A stretch of DNA of 59,037 nucleotides, counting the filler, from Squatina squatina (taxonomy: Eukaryota), in NCBI GenBank assembly GCA_031763465.1. It is 3 parts of 3 records of this genome, joined end to end, with 100 filler letters (N's around TTAATTAATTAA, not from the genome) between each part and the next. Parts side by side here need not be neighbours in the genome. Positions count along the whole stretch, not along the records: positions 1 to 14,951 come from JARFOE010000121.1; positions 15,052 to 28,105 come from JARFOE010000001.1; 1 more part is not named here. One strand, written 5' to 3'. Below, piece after piece: positions 12,979-25,002 of this stretch. The notes under the pieces were generated by a model. It was not told where the DNA came from, made no database searches, and saw nothing but the letters and a program-made list of their open reading frames with translations. The position numbers and the translations under genes were made by a program. Positions within the stretch are counted from its first letter, which is position 1. Every line of letters starts with the position of its first letter.

Positions 12979-13360
12979 GGAAAGACTGACCAGGCTACGG
13001 CTCTTTGTTCTAGAAAAGAGCAGACTGAGAGGTGAACTGAAAGAGGTCTTTAAAATTATAATGGGGTTTGATTGGGTAGTCGTAGAGAAGATGTTTCCAC
13101 TTGTGGGGAAGTGCAAAACTACGGGCAATATATTCAAGATAATCACTGATAAATCCAATAAGGAATTTAGGAGAGACTTCTTTACTCAGAGACTGGTGAG
13201 AATGTGGAACTGACTACCACAGGGAGTGCTTCAGCCGAATAACATAGATGCCTTTAAGGGGAAGCTAGATAATAAGTACATGAGGGAGATAGAANNNNNN
13301 NNNNCGGCATAGACCTGTTGGGCTGAATAGTATGTGTCCGTGCTGTAAAATTCTATGTAA
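12979..13360 (+). mobile_element. CR1 LINE 3' fragment
   Basis: RLRGELKEVFKIIMGFD and FFTQRLVRMWN match the CR1 ORF2 C-terminus, followed by 3' UTR and tail. Confidence 0.85.
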
Positions 13361-13517
13361 ATGACATGACTTGGAACGAGGAGTCAGCAGATGTCTGGCA
13401 CCATTGAACCATGCATGGTAGGAGCCCATATCCAGTTTGGGAAAAAAATAGGCCAAAAACAGTGTCAACTTAAGCTGCAATTTTTTAAAAACACGTTTAA
13501 TGTTTTTTTTGTTTCAG

Positions 13518-13707
13518 ACGTTAGATAGATGGGAGAATCAGGGCAGCCCTCGGACAAACTTGCCGGCACAGCCCCTACCACAGACTCTCCCCTTCCCACC
13601 TAATGTCCACAGGGCTTCTTTCCCTGACTCTTCTGAGGGATTTGATCAAAGGAAACCTGATCCGTATGAAGTGTATGAGAAGTCGAGAGCTATCTATGAA
13701 AGTAGGC
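13518..13707 (+). CDS. MAGI2: MAGI2-like exon (inter-PDZ linker), 190 nt
   Basis: ttttgtttcAG acceptor and C|GTAAGT donor. Encodes TLDRWENQGSPRTNL...RKPDPYEVYEKSRAIYESR. Confidence 0.93.
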
Positions 13708-14296
13708 GTAAGTAAAATCCTTGCTTTTTTTCACTGCAGGAAAAATAGCTATTAATAGCTGGCTCCCAGCTGTTTGACCATCTCCTGGTAACATTTTCTG
13801 TTGTCACATCTTCTTTAAATGCAGTAGACATACAATAACCTTTTAAGAGTTCAATTAATGTGCAGAATGACATACATCATCATATTTATGCATCATAGCC
13901 ATAGGGTTAATTTTACTTATTTAAATATCCAGATGTTTACTAATATATTTCTTGAATAACTGCTAATATGTGCACTGTATCCTTTGAAAACAGTAAGGTA
14001 AAAGTAGGGTATTTGTTTTGAATATATAACTACCTTTATTACAAATGACGGTAACATCAGAATCTTTTTATCAGCCATTGAATTTATTGAAACATTTTCA
14101 TAATCTCTGAGTAGAGTGTGGAATAATTTTCTTACAAGCAGTGCATTGATACATTTAGCAGCACTTCCTGAACAATTTCTAAATAAGCCTCTAATGGTTA
14201 AAACTAATGCAGAGGGACACTCGAGTTACTATTGGCAACATGAAATGTCTCTACATAAATGCATAGTTTTGTTTAATTCCACATTTTCCTGTACAG

Positions 14297-14338
14297 AGCA
14301 AATGCCACCAAGGACTGCATATCGAGCTGATTCTTCTG
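14297..14338 (+). CDS. MAGI2: MAGI2-like 42-nt micro-exon with a GC donor
   Basis: ttttcctgtacAG acceptor. Encodes (Q)QMPPRTAYRADSS(G), similar to MAGI2 QQVPPRTSFRMDSSG. Donor is G|GCAAGT. Confidence 0.85.
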
Positions 14339-14719
14339 GCAAGTACTTAAGCATACATCATTCTGTGGCTTAAATGTAGTTCCCCATTCGTCTGGATATT
14401 GTGATTGTCTAATCAGTCGTCTGGTTGCAGCCAACTATTTCTGCACGATCATTTACTTTCTCCTGTTGTCCTTTATTCTAACAATGACAGGTCTGAAGCA
14501 TTGTAAATAACAGCAGCTACAAACAGAGAAGATAATTGAAGTTTCAAGTGGAACCCTCAGAACAATCTAGCCAGCATTTTCTGTTTCAACCGCCGACACA
14601 GTTTTGTACATCTCTGACACCATTAAGAGGACGAGCCCCTACTTCTTCGAGATAGAGTGATTTTTATTTTAAAATTCTGTACACTGAAGGCAATGACTCT
14701 CAAACCCATCCATCCGCCC

Positions 14720-14951
14720 AATTATGGACTGAGATGAGGAGAAATTTCTTCACCCAGCGAGTGGTGAACCTGTGGAATTCTCTACCACAGAAGGCAGCGG
14801 AGGCCAAGTCATTAAACATATTCAAGAAGGAGTTAGATATAGTTCTTAGGGCTAAAGGGATCAAGGGATATGGAGAGAAAGCAGGAATAGGGTACTGAAT
14901 TTGGATGATCAGCCATGATCATATTGAATGGCGGAGCAGGCTCGAAGGGCC
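14720..14951 (+). mobile_element. CR1 LINE 3' fragment
   Basis: EMRRNFFTQRVVNLWNSLPQKAAEA followed by 3' UTR gaatggcggagcaggctcgaagggcc. Confidence 0.9.
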
Positions 14952-15051
14952 NNNNNNNNNNNNNNNNNNNNNNNNNNNNNNNNNNNNNNNNNNNNTTAAT
15001 TAATTAANNNNNNNNNNNNNNNNNNNNNNNNNNNNNNNNNNNNNNNNNNNN
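14952..15051. other. Artificial assembly spacer
   Basis: 44 N + TTAATTAATTAA + 44 N, exactly 100 nt. The 12-mer has stops in all six frames. Confidence 0.93.
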
Positions 15052-16850
15052 GTTCTCTGACCTGTCCAATTTTCTGATATTCAGTGTGCTCAGGAGATTC
15101 TCTGCGCCTTATTGCAGATCCAGGAAGAACTCCCCTGTTGTGGTTTCCTTTTTTTGTGCATGCATGCATGGCTATCAAGGTAGATAGTAACAGATGGCTG
15201 GAGCCTGCAACTGACAAGATTTGACAAGCAGTAACATCACAAATTATTTTACTGTCATGCATGGAATATCATAGTTCCTCTATATCGTGTTGATTCTACA
15301 GTTGATATTGCACCTATGTTTCTGAGGTAATATAACTGTTACCAATCTCAGATGCAAATGTAATTAGACACAACACAATGACAATTGAAATATCTGTGGT
15401 GGTCTCTTTTAAAATGTCAACTGTGGAGAGTTTGAAATTTTTCTGTATTTTTCCTGTAAGCTTGTTACTATTTCCCTGCATTTTCCATGTGGTACACAAT
15501 CTGATGCTTTAATTTCTTAAAAGTAATTTTATAAAACAGCAAAAGTATTGAAATTAAGTAATATTTATTAAAAAAATGTCTGAAATTTGATTTAAAACTT
15601 CAAGCTTTGTTTTTGCATTGTGCACTATCATGACTTCCTATCTTCAATTTTATGACATTACAGAAACAGAGGTATCACGTCATTAACATAGCAATTTTCT
15701 AACAGAATAAAGGATCTTAGTTAAAAAACAAAATATTATACAAACGACTTTCCATCAGAAGATAATTCTATACACTTGTAACATTTTAGTTCTTGTCACA
15801 AGACTGGCATAGTTTGATGGTGTCCTTGGAGAATTTGAAGTTATGAACTCCCTTCAGTGATAGTGAATGCCTCATGCAATAAAGTATTTGGATATCTGCT
15901 TTTAAACAACCTCTGACTTTTATTTTTGTTTTATCCACTTATCTGGGAAGATGTTCCACATCAGCAATCTCATAAGACAGAAAGAGCAACTCTGTATTTT
16001 GAAATCAGGTTAACTTTAGTTTCTGGAATTTTTCATTTCCTTGATGAAATATCAATATCCACAGGCAATGAAGTCTTTTCGTCTGGTACCACCAAGAATG
16101 TATATTCCAGTGCCTCATCTTCCATCCCATCTGCTCCCTGATTGTGGTTGGCGGTTCTACAGTATCAGAGATCCTGTCAGCCATGAACCAAGAAACTTCC
16201 CGAAGGAAACAATCCCCTCCTCTGGATGTAAGGCTTCTTGTGNNNNNNNNNNACTTTGCATCTGTATTGCTTACGTCTCCATCATATCAGAAACCAGTCA
16301 GCCAGGCACATTTTTTTTAAACTAGATATTATCCTCTTTCCTGGATCTGAAGCTTCTGTTTTTCTCCTATTTGGTCCCAAGAACCCACAAGAGGTAAACT
16401 GTCTGGAAATTGTTGGCAAGATGAAACATAATCTTTCACCAAAGACAAAAAAAATGAAAACTTTCTGCTCTTTTTCATATTCTTTCCGTTAATAAACTAG
16501 TGCTTTACATTCTGCTCTGTCACATGCAGTGTCATGAAGAGGTGGGTGCTGGCTTTCATTATATACAACCATGTCATCTATAGACAATTCTTCTCAATTG
16601 GAGCAGCAGCCTTCTGAGGGGGCTCCAGAAGTCCCAAGTACAGAGACTGACATCCCTGCTGGATTAGAGACTGAGTTTGAGTGATGTTGCACTCAGCAGT
16701 AGTGAGCAACAGCAGGTACTGGTGGCAGAGAGAGCCCAAGAAACAGCTCACTGGAGGGTCAGGTCCTATTCCAGCCCTACTGAGAAGAACAGAGCTAGGA
16801 CTTCAGGGATCCAAGAGTTATGAAAAGAAAACTGATTGCTTCACACAAGC

Positions 16851-16871
16851 AGGGTTAGGGTTAGGGTTAGG
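16851..16871 (+). repeat. Short interstitial (TTAGGG)n tract
   Basis: agggttagggttagggttagg. Confidence 0.8.
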
Positions 16872-17090
16872 AATTGGAAAGCTCGTTAAAGGTTTTCACC
16901 ACAGTGGATGAAAGTATTGAGAGGTCCACTTCCAGCCTGTGTGGCATTAGCACACTGAAGTCCACTTTGGAGTGTGTGGCCACTTTCGGGNNNNNNNNNN
17001 NNNNNNNNNNNNNNNNNNNNNNNNNNNNNNNNNNNNNNNNNNNNNNNNNNNNNNNNNNNNNNNNNNNNNNNNNNNNNNNNNNNNNNNNNN

Positions 17091-17168
17091 TGCCTGACCT
17101 GCTGAGATTTTCCAGCAATTTTTGTTTGTATTCTAGATTCCAGCATCCGCAGTATTTCGCTTTTGTAT
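17091..17168 (+). mobile_element. Penelope-like element terminal fragment
   Basis: tgcctgacctgctgagattttccagca, similar to the end of the copy at 52225-52308. Confidence 0.6.
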
Positions 17169-17919
17169 TAACATTTTGTTCTTCTTCAAAGAGTGACATG
17201 GGAATGTTGATGGCCTCCTGAACAGGCTGAAAGGAACTGCAACTATGCATTAGTTCTCCAGTACTGTATTAGATTGTCATCTTAGGTTAAGTGTTCAAGT
17301 CCTGGAGTGGGAATTTGAACTTATTCTGACCCAGAGTTGAGAGTGCTACCAAAGAGCAAAGATGGAGGAAAGTATTCATTCAAATGGCATCTGCTTCTCA
17401 TTGGAATAGAGGAAATGACACATAAAGACAGATGAGCAAAGGGATTAACAAGTCCGATTTGGGTTTGCTAAAACAGCTGGCATAAATCATCAAAACGGCA
17501 TTCTCGGTGTGACTGTGACTGATAATTTAACTATGTTTAATTCAGTGATGGCTGTAATTTTTTCCTTGCTGCTTTTATACCTTGTGCTTCAATGTGCCAA
17601 TTATATTTGCAATATATGCTAATAACTGGTTGAAAGTGATTGGAAGTAAAAACTATCCTCTATAAATGTCATTCAAGATACATTTGAATGCTGTACTCTG
17701 TATATCTATGATTTAGGTTCCAATTGTAGTTTCAGCAATTGGATATTATAGTAGATATTTATCACAAAAATACAAATTTCTACCTACCCAACATCCACCC
17801 TCTCCTCCTCTCTCCCTAAAACCTCCAGCAATAGTCACAGAGATAAGAAATGGAAGAAAAATTAATTATAGAAATTTATGGTTTAAAATAGTTCTATACC
17901 CAGATTATTACTTATTATA

Positions 17920-18203
17920 TACCATAGATTCCGGTGTACAAGCCGAGAATTTGGACCCAAATTTTAGACGCATAATTTAGGGGTCGGCTTATACAACAGG
18001 TATCAAAAGTTAACCTAAAGATTTTAACCGATAAGCGGCTTGAGTGAGTGGCGGCAGACAGCCAAACGGTGTTAAAAGGCAGGCGGCAGCCACACGAGTG
18101 CATCTACTGGCTCTCTCGCTCATTCGCGCACACACGAGGTTCAATGGCAGGTTGAATTCTATTCAGCATCGACACCGAGCGCGGACGGCTCTCTTACTCT
18201 TCC
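17920..18203 (+). mobile_element. pogo/Tigger-like DNA transposon end
   Basis: TA followed by ccatagattccggtgtacaagccg...tcggcttataca, typical of pogo termini. CpG-rich and runs into a gap. Confidence 0.55.
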
Positions 18204-19346
18204 NNNNNNNNNNNNNNNNNNNNNNNNNNNNNNNNNNNNNNNNNNNNNNNNNNNNNNNNNNNNNNNNNNNNNNNNNNNNNNNNNNNNNNNNNNNNNNNNN
18301 NNNGAAAAATTCTATAGTGAGTGCAACTAGATAGTTTGCAGACAATGCAATAGGCCACTTTGTAATAAAATGGTTTCAGGGACCCATCCTTTGATTTAAG
18401 GGAGTTCCAAAGCATTTCTGATAAGTTTGTTTTTATATCCTGGATAAAAGGTGCCAACACCATTAATTATCAACAGAGTTTGTTCCAAAGACGTTATGTA
18501 AGAAAAATGCTGACGCAAATATTGTATTAGGTATAGCTTACAAATGGTCTAATTTTTGGGGAGTGAAAGGAACACAAAATGTGTTCAAAAGCTGTGTGAA
18601 AATGGCAGATTGCCATTATCACTTCTGTATTTCAGCTACACTCCTTCCAGCAGGGACAGCTGAACTCACTTTTTCAACAAAATGTTGAAACATCCTTTTG
18701 CATTGTAAAAGTCAAAGGAAATAAATTAGAGGTGTTTTCAAAAATGTTGCTTCTTTCAAATTAAAAAAAAAAGGCTCAAGCATGCATACTTGGCCATTTA
18801 ATATTTATACTAGTTTTGTTGCTACAAAAAAATGTATTTTTTCCCTGGTTGAATGTCTGAATACACTCGGCTGACAGCGACGTCTTCATTCAAGGTCAGA
18901 TTCGGGAGTTCCCTGTTGGCTAACCTGCTAAATGCAATCTGCAGTGCACTTCTAAGCCATGCAAACTGAGATCCTTGGTCAGTGCTACGCGACACTAATG
19001 GGACAGCAGATGGAGTGTTACAGCTGGATTTCTGTCTTTGATCGCTCTGCAGTGACCCTTCCAGGAAAATGGATATGTATGGATATTAAGTAAGGATAGA
19101 ATCAGGTTTGGTTGTAATGTTACCGTCGAAAAGCTTGTAATTACTTGTTACGCGGGCTCAGACCTGAAGAACGATTGCTTGGGTGAGGTACTGGAGAGCA
19201 GCTAGCATCAATGGAACAATACTCCAGCATTTAGGGGAAAAGGAGANNNNNNNNNNNNNNNNNNNNNNNNNNNNNNNNNNNNNNNNNNNNNNNNNNNNNN
19301 NNNNNNNNNNNNNNNNNNNNNNNNNNNNNNNNNNNNNNNNNNNNNN

Positions 19347-19562
19347 AACTTAATACTCTCCTTAACATCCTTGGTTGGCCATGGTTGGTTCATCCCCCCT
19401 TAGAATCTTTCCTTCTCACTGGGATATATTTTTGCTGAGAGTCATGAATTATCTCCTGAAATTTCTGCCATTGTTTGTCTACTGTCTTACCTGCTAATGT
19501 ATTTGCCCAGTCCACTTTAGCCAATTCTGTCCTCATTCCTTTATAATTCCCCTTATTTAAGT
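19347..19562 (-). mobile_element. CR1 LINE ORF2 internal fragment
   Basis: Minus strand reads NQPWPTKDVKESIK, resembling the CR1 region between endonuclease and RT. Confidence 0.65.
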
Positions 19563-19567
19563 TTCAT

Positions 19568-20290
19568 ATCCAGAACTACTTCCTCCTGCTCCGTCAGGTT
19601 CTGCAGACGGGCTTCTCCTCCACCCGTCTGCTGCTGCTCCCGGCGGTTGGGTGCCATCTTTTCCTGCAAGAGAAAGGAAAGTCTATCAATGAGTGTGGTG
19701 CAATGTGTTTGGGTGATGTGGCTGAGATGGTTAAATAGCTGGCAGTGTGTGGAAGGTGTGAGATGTGGGTGTGAGTCTTGTAGCAGTGTTAAGTGTGTGC
19801 GGGTAAGGTGAAGCTATGGTTGTGAGGTATGACTGGTGATTGGTAGAGATTGTTAGAAGTTGAGTGATGAGGGCCTGGTGCATTGAGCAGCGTGTGAGGC
19901 TTGTGATGCAGACGGTGGGGTATGGCATTTGAAGATGCATTTAACTCACCTTGGAATGTGAGGTCATTCAACTTTTTATGGCACTGGTTCCAGATCCTGG
20001 GGAAAACACTCATCGCAGTGATGCCTTGAGCAATTTCTTCCCACAGCCTTCTGGTGTTCTGCCTTGAAGACCTCTTGCGCCTCTGTGGGTAGAGGATCTC
20101 ACGGTGTCTTTGAACCCTCAGGACCAAAGCCAATCAGAAGAGTGTTTATCGCTGGTATCAACGTTGCAATCAATTATAATGAGCATGCAGCACCAATCTT
20201 GCATGCTACCAGCACCACTTTGAACGGGCATGGGCACATAGCATTTCGTGCACTCTGCGCCCGTTTTTAGGCCCTATCCAATTTCTAGGT
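19568..20290 (-). mobile_element. Harbinger element remnant with a spliced Myb/SANT-like gene
   Basis: Exon 1 (about 20133-19950) REILYP...LWEEIAQ...RIWNQCHKKLNDL with a GTGAGT donor. Exon 2 (19663 to about 19568) EKMAPNRREQQQTGGGEARLQNLTEQEE. TIR-like aatttctagg at 20281-20290. Confidence 0.78.
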
Positions 20291-20931
20291 CACTGTATCT
20301 GCAACTAACTACATTGAATTTGTAATACAAATCTGCTCAGACAGAACATGGAATAAATACATCATTCATTAAAGAAAAACCACAGTAGACATCACAAACT
20401 GTTGCCTGGTTACTATGTTATAATGAGGCAGAGGCCGTTGGGCATGTTCAGCTGGCTGGGTACTTCAGCCTGCTCAATCAATATCAAATTATTTAAGCTC
20501 TGTCCGTTTTAGATTAACACCACAACACAAAAAACATATCGATCATGCTGAATAAATTCAGACAGGTATCTGGGGTCCTCTTGTATTTAAGCATTTGTTA
20601 CGAACTTCCTTGATGGTTCTGTTGTACACTAGAACCTGCTCTGTTTCCGCTTGAAAGTCTGAGTCAGTATATGTTCAAGGTTATTTCAATCCTGTGCAAC
20701 TGTAATTCTTTTAGGCATTTTTGTTCTTCAGTTGTCCTGCTCAAAATCAGCTGCATCAGTAGTTTTGCTGGCAATTGAGTGACAGGTCAAAATCAACTTA
20801 ACTTAAATGCTTTGGGCCACCATATGTATGGGTCTGCTCCAGTCGTTTATACACCAGCTTGTCCCACAAGTGTTAAGGTTTGACACCAATTGAATGACCA
20901 TGAACCGAACGGATTGCCTTTCAAACCTTCA

Positions 20932-21065
20932 ACAACAATTTGCATTTATACATCACCTTTACCATAAAAAAAAATCCTAAGGAGCTTCACAGATAAGTTC
21001 ATGGAACACAGATGCCAAATCAGGAAAGCAAGATTAGGAGGGGTGACCAAAACCTTAGTCAAACA
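20932..21065 (-). mobile_element. L2 LINE 3' tail
   Basis: acaacaatttgcatttatacatcacc...gcttcacag, similar to the start of the copy at 37783. Confidence 0.6.
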
Positions 21066-21070
21066 AATAG

Positions 21071-21914
21071 GGGTGCCTAATTCGTCCTTTTTTTCTGGCG
21101 TTAAACTGGCGTTAAATGGGCGTTAAGGGATTAACGCCGATTTTATGCGTTAAATTTAGTGCTGCGAAATTCGGCCCCCTTAACACCGGCGCTATATGGG
21201 CGCTAACCCTTTAAGGCTCAAAACGCAAAGTTCAGTATTAGAGAGACTCAATGATGTCATCAGTGGGTGCAACACCCAAAATGGCCACCCAGTGAGCCTT
21301 AAAACTAGCGGTGTCAACGTCCCATTTTTTGGGCATTGACATGCCTCATCTGACGATTTTCAGCACTATTGAAAGCACTGGGACTGGGCTTCATTCTCAA
21401 TTTGTCTCCCAGCTCCATCTCGCACAAATCACATGACTTTTCACGTTTTAGCCTCACTCTGAGACAATGCTGACTTCTCTATGGTTTGTCCTGGGTTTTG
21501 CCCATCTTGCAGATATTGGCCCCAGTCGTCATGGGTGCCACACTAATAGTCGAATGGGTACTCATCCGACATCCCATGTGCTACCGCAGACACAGAAGAT
21601 ATCTTAGAAACAGGCAGAGAGCCATGAGGGCAGAGGCAAATGAGGCCAGGGCTGAGGAAGCAGCAACCACCTGGCCTCCCAGAGCCAGCTGCACCACTGG
21701 TGGCACAGCCCAGGCCACTGCAGCCTCCTCCTAGAGGGTGGAGGCCAAGACCACCTCGAAGGCGCTATGCCCACAGAGTCTACAGACGCCAATTCAGCTA
21801 CCTACAGATGACCAACGATCAATGCCTTCATAGACTGCGTTTCAAAAAGGAGATCATAACTGAACTCTGCCAACTCCTGCAGACTGACCTCCAGCCTCAC
21901 ATCAGGGCTTCCAC
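21071..21914 (+). mobile_element. Harbinger transposon 5' part with transposase N-terminus
   Basis: TIR-like gggtgcctaattcg and subterminal ggcgttaa repeats. ORF RVYRRQFSYLQMTNDQCLHRLRFKKEIITELCQLLQTDLQP resembles HARBI1-family transposases. Cut by a gap. Confidence 0.8.
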
Positions 21915-24755
21915 NNNNNNNNNNNNNNNNNNNNNNNNNNNNNNNNNNNNNNNNNNNNNNNNNNNNNNNNNNNNNNNNNNNNNNNNNNNNNNNNNNNNNN
22001 NNNNNNNNNNNNNNTTGCTCGAGCTCTAATCTATTAGTTAGTTGGCTTAGTGTGGTAGAACCTAATTAAATGTGCCTTAGATAAATGGAGCATGTCTGCA
22101 TCAGTCGAGAAACTATAGACCATTTGTACCAGAGACATTCCCAAGTTGTATGGAAGATGTACTCTATCTATAGGGCGGCTGTACCTATCTGAAATGCCAG
22201 GTAAATGAATATTGGCTTAGGTATCACTAATGCTATTTTCATGTGAAATATCAAACACCTTGCCGAGCTAGACAAATAATTTACTCAGCTTATGGCATGA
22301 CCATACAAGAGCTAACACAAGCCACTCAGTCCCAGATATGAATGCATTGTGAGACTTATCCTCATGCTTAATGTACTGTACTTTCATTTTAGTAGCAGTA
22401 CCCTCTTGAATTTTTAACAGAGGCTGACCTAAAGGCCTCACTCTTAAAGCCCCCCCCCCCACCCACACCCACCCCCCAAGGTCCCGGACCCGGTGGGGGG
22501 GGGGGGNNNNNNNNNNNNNNNNNNNNNNNNNNNNTAACATATTTAAACCAGGCTCCGACAGTGCAATTGGGAGCCTGATTTGAAATTAATTGGTGCAGCA
22601 CGGGTTTCCTGAGAGTCAGGAAACTTGGCAGTGAAACGAAGGCGACATTGAGTAGCACTATATCAGGGTGGTTAAAGGCCTGGAGGGCTGATCTCAATAT
22701 AGGTTCAGTGCTCACAGCTACTTTTTCAGTTCCATCTGGGACACGGTTTAGTGAGAGTAATTGGTGCGAGAGAGTGATTTGGAGGGTTTTAAGGTTTTCA
22801 GACAGAAAAGATCACGATGGGTGGCACCGTAGCTGCTCTCGATTGTCCTGAGGAAGAGGATGAAAATGAGGATCAACAGCAGCAAGGTTTGCTGTAGAGC
22901 GAGCTGCAGGTGACCAGCAGAGAACGGAGCAACAGAGGGAGCTCGTGGNNNNNNNNNNNNNNNNNNNNNNNNNNNNNNNNNNNNNNNNNNNNNNNNNNNN
23001 NNNNNNNNNNNNNNNNNNNNNNNNNNNNNNNNNNNNNNNNNNNNNNNNCTCCCACTCATCTGCTGTTTTTCCGGGGTTTTCTGTGGCTCCCCTACTGAAA
23101 GATACGGAGGACGGGAGGCGGGAGAACCCCATGGAAATTCACACCCCAAAACATTTGCACTACGCCGTGTTGGAGCGGGATGAAGTGGGTGGGGGAAACC
23201 TAAAGAGAGGAAGCTAATCAGATTCAGTCTCAATGGTTAAAAAAAACAAGTGAAATTCAAGCAGTCATTGTTAACCAGGGAGCAGGAGGCAAAACAGAAT
23301 AAAACAAGTATTTTAAAGTCCAGGCATGAGCAACAAGCAGGAAGAACAGACTAACAAATTCCAACAGCGCGCCTACATTTCAATTCACTTGTATTTATGG
23401 CAGTTACAAAGTTCTATTTTTCGAAGGTTATAAGTAAAGAATTTGTAAGGGTAAACCTGGTGTATGCCTGTGTGTTCGTGCTATTGCATATTCACAGTGG
23501 TATGTTAGCACTGGGAGTGATCCAACACTTATGCAGCAATTAGTTCTGCTCTGCATTTGCCTGCAATGTTTAATCCAGCACTGAGGCAATCCCCCTCATT
23601 GAGTAAAACATAAATTAAATCAATTATTAAAATCAGTCATTAGGTTATATATTAGACTAGTATTGTTGCAACTTTTTCAGGGTGCTAATTGTATGATGTT
23701 ATTTTTGAAATAGGCATTAATATCTCTTATCCTGCCTTACACCCATCATAATTATCCCATAATTTTATGACTAAATATGAATCTGCTGCCAATCATACAA
23801 CTGTTATATCCTTCACAATGGTATGTCTGTTTCATTTTAGGTAGATTCATTAATGTGACATACTTGAAAACTGCCAGCAATGATCACACTACAAGATACA
23901 CTTGATTTAAAGGTGCATTAAAATTTGAATGGTCTTTTGAATTTTAACACTATCTACATTTATAAACTTATTAGTTAGTATGATGCAACTCTCACTATGC
24001 ATTCCTGTCCATAAAATGTGACAAAGTAATCAACATTCATTGCACTGTCTCCTGCTCTAGTGGAACTTCTTACATTCCTTGGTCTTTTCTTCCTCCTATA
24101 ATTTGAATCTTTTATAACCCAACTTTCTGAGTTACCTCAGTTTCTCTCTCACTCCTTCATCTTTACTTTGTACTTGACCCTGCCTCTAAATACCTCAATA
24201 AGAATCGATGATTTTTTTTAATGTGATATTTATGCAGGTATCTCTATTGGACTCAACCCGCTGGAATACATTTTGAGTCTTCCTGTGATTGGATTTTGAA
24301 ATAAAACACAATCAACTTTTTGCTGCTCTTGGGGCACTGTTGCCTTCCAGTTCTCCAGAGACAGCTGGCGAGGCCACCTCGTTCAGTGTGGAAGGAGTGA
24401 TTGTGGTCGATGTTCAATTGGAGAAAATTATGTATTTCCTTTGTCTACCTCAAGCTAACTTTATCTGTGCGTAGTCATTCTTTTTGAATTATTGCCCACA
24501 GAGGTAATGCACATTTCATGAGTCCCACTGTTCCCTGCTGACCCTTAGGGTTTGCTCTATTCCTGGATTTAGTGATGTTTTGGTTCTGGAAAACTGCTTC
24601 CCCCAATTCTTTTTATGGAGGGAGGTGTCATTAACAAAGTACTTGCTATATTATTNNNNNNNNNNNNNNNNNNNNNNNNNNNNNNNNNNNNNNNNNNNNN
24701 NNNNNNNNNNNNNNNNNNNNNNNNNNNNNNNNNNNNNNNNNNNNNNNNNNNNNNN

Positions 24756-25002
24756 GTCACAGCTGGGTTGAGTGCACACTGAATTTCGGACGGGCAGCCA
24801 TTTTGGGCGCCGTGTGCACTTATGATGTCATAGCGCCGCGCTAAAGTCACAGCTAGCGCTTGGAGCCATAGAGGTCTTGCGCCTGTTTTGTGCCGGTGCT
24901 AACGGGACTCGAATTTTGGATCCGCGTTTGGACGCTCAAAGTGCATATACGCCCGTTTTGCACTGATTTCGTGCCAAAAGTTTATCCGCGAATTGGGCGC
25001 CC
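24756..25002. mobile_element. Harbinger-type element end
   Basis: CpG-rich segment ending cgaattgggcgccc, an inverted 12/14 match to the terminus at 21071. Confidence 0.6.

Noticed and set aside
13415-13465. SPYPVWEKNRPKT as the missing MAGI2 micro-exon
   Set aside because: No pyrimidine tract, a weak donor and poor similarity to the expected peptide.
14996-15007. TTAATTAATTAA as a biological palindrome or homeodomain site
   Set aside because: It is centred in exactly 44 + 44 N and occurs twice in that layout, so it is an assembly linker.
15780-16450. Coding-looking minus-strand stretch (EDEALEYTFLVVPDEK, LVKDYVSSCQQ)
   Set aside because: It has many stops and no family I can identify. A blastx search would be needed.
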